64,000 nucleotides of DNA, taken from contig OY740787.1 in NCBI GenBank assembly GCA_963514005.1, forward strand, positions 42,594,001 to 42,658,000, written 5' to 3'. The notes below the pieces were generated by a model. It ran no database searches and was not told the DNA's origin. It was given only the letters and a program-made list of their open reading frames with translations. The position numbers and the translations under genes were made by a program. Origin of the DNA: Raja brachyura. Its lineage: Eukaryota. Shown piece after piece: positions 63,801 to 64,000 of this stretch. Every line of letters begins with the position of its first letter. Position 1 is the first letter of the stretch.

Positions 63801-64000
63801 GGTCTGTCATTACACAAAAAAAAGCATGTGTCCGTAACGATAAGTATGAAACTCCTAAATTTTTGTAAAAATCCGTCTGGCTTTCTCCAGAGGTTATCCT
63901 GACCAGATCTGGCCTGTATGTAACCTTACAGCTGTGGTAATCGGGTTAACTCTTAGATACTTCCTCAGTTCACGGACAGGTAGAGCAGGAGAATAAATGC

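Overview
Eukaryotic (vertebrate) genomic DNA, about 97% intronic. The repeat content points to a cartilaginous fish, probably a skate or ray (inference from HE1-type V-SINEs, HER1/CR1 LINEs and Deu-type SINEs). The + strand carries four internal coding exons of AGAP1: an 84-nt symmetric cassette exon (7592-7675), then exons at 11473-11627, 13827-13917 and 14843-15065. They encode the C-terminal half of the split PH domain and the ArfGAP zinc finger (CxxC-x16-CxxC-x4-R). The next exon is not in the window, so the following intron is at least 48.9 kb. The introns hold CR1, Rex1/Babar and Tx1/L1 LINE fragments, Neptune-type Penelope-like elements (PLEs), SINEs, an internally deleted IR/DR Tc1, a hAT MITE, two MITEs with GGCCTGTCCCACTT ends, and a 148-N gap. 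The most notable observations are three. (1) A family of about 100-200 bp PLE-derived mini-retroelements carries an ultra-minimal hammerhead-ribozyme-like core (CTGAAGA-A-GGGTC/GACCC-GAAA-CG-TC); copies occur as solo insertions with target-site duplications and as fold-back palindromes. (2) The cassette exon has a splicing architecture typical of neural regulation and encodes a kinase-type motif. (3) Several repeat-free, homeobox-site-rich blocks are candidate conserved enhancers of the GBX2 regulatory landscape. All repeat and enhancer calls come from motif recognition by eye, not database searches. Repeat boundaries are approximate unless a TSD or TIR is quoted.
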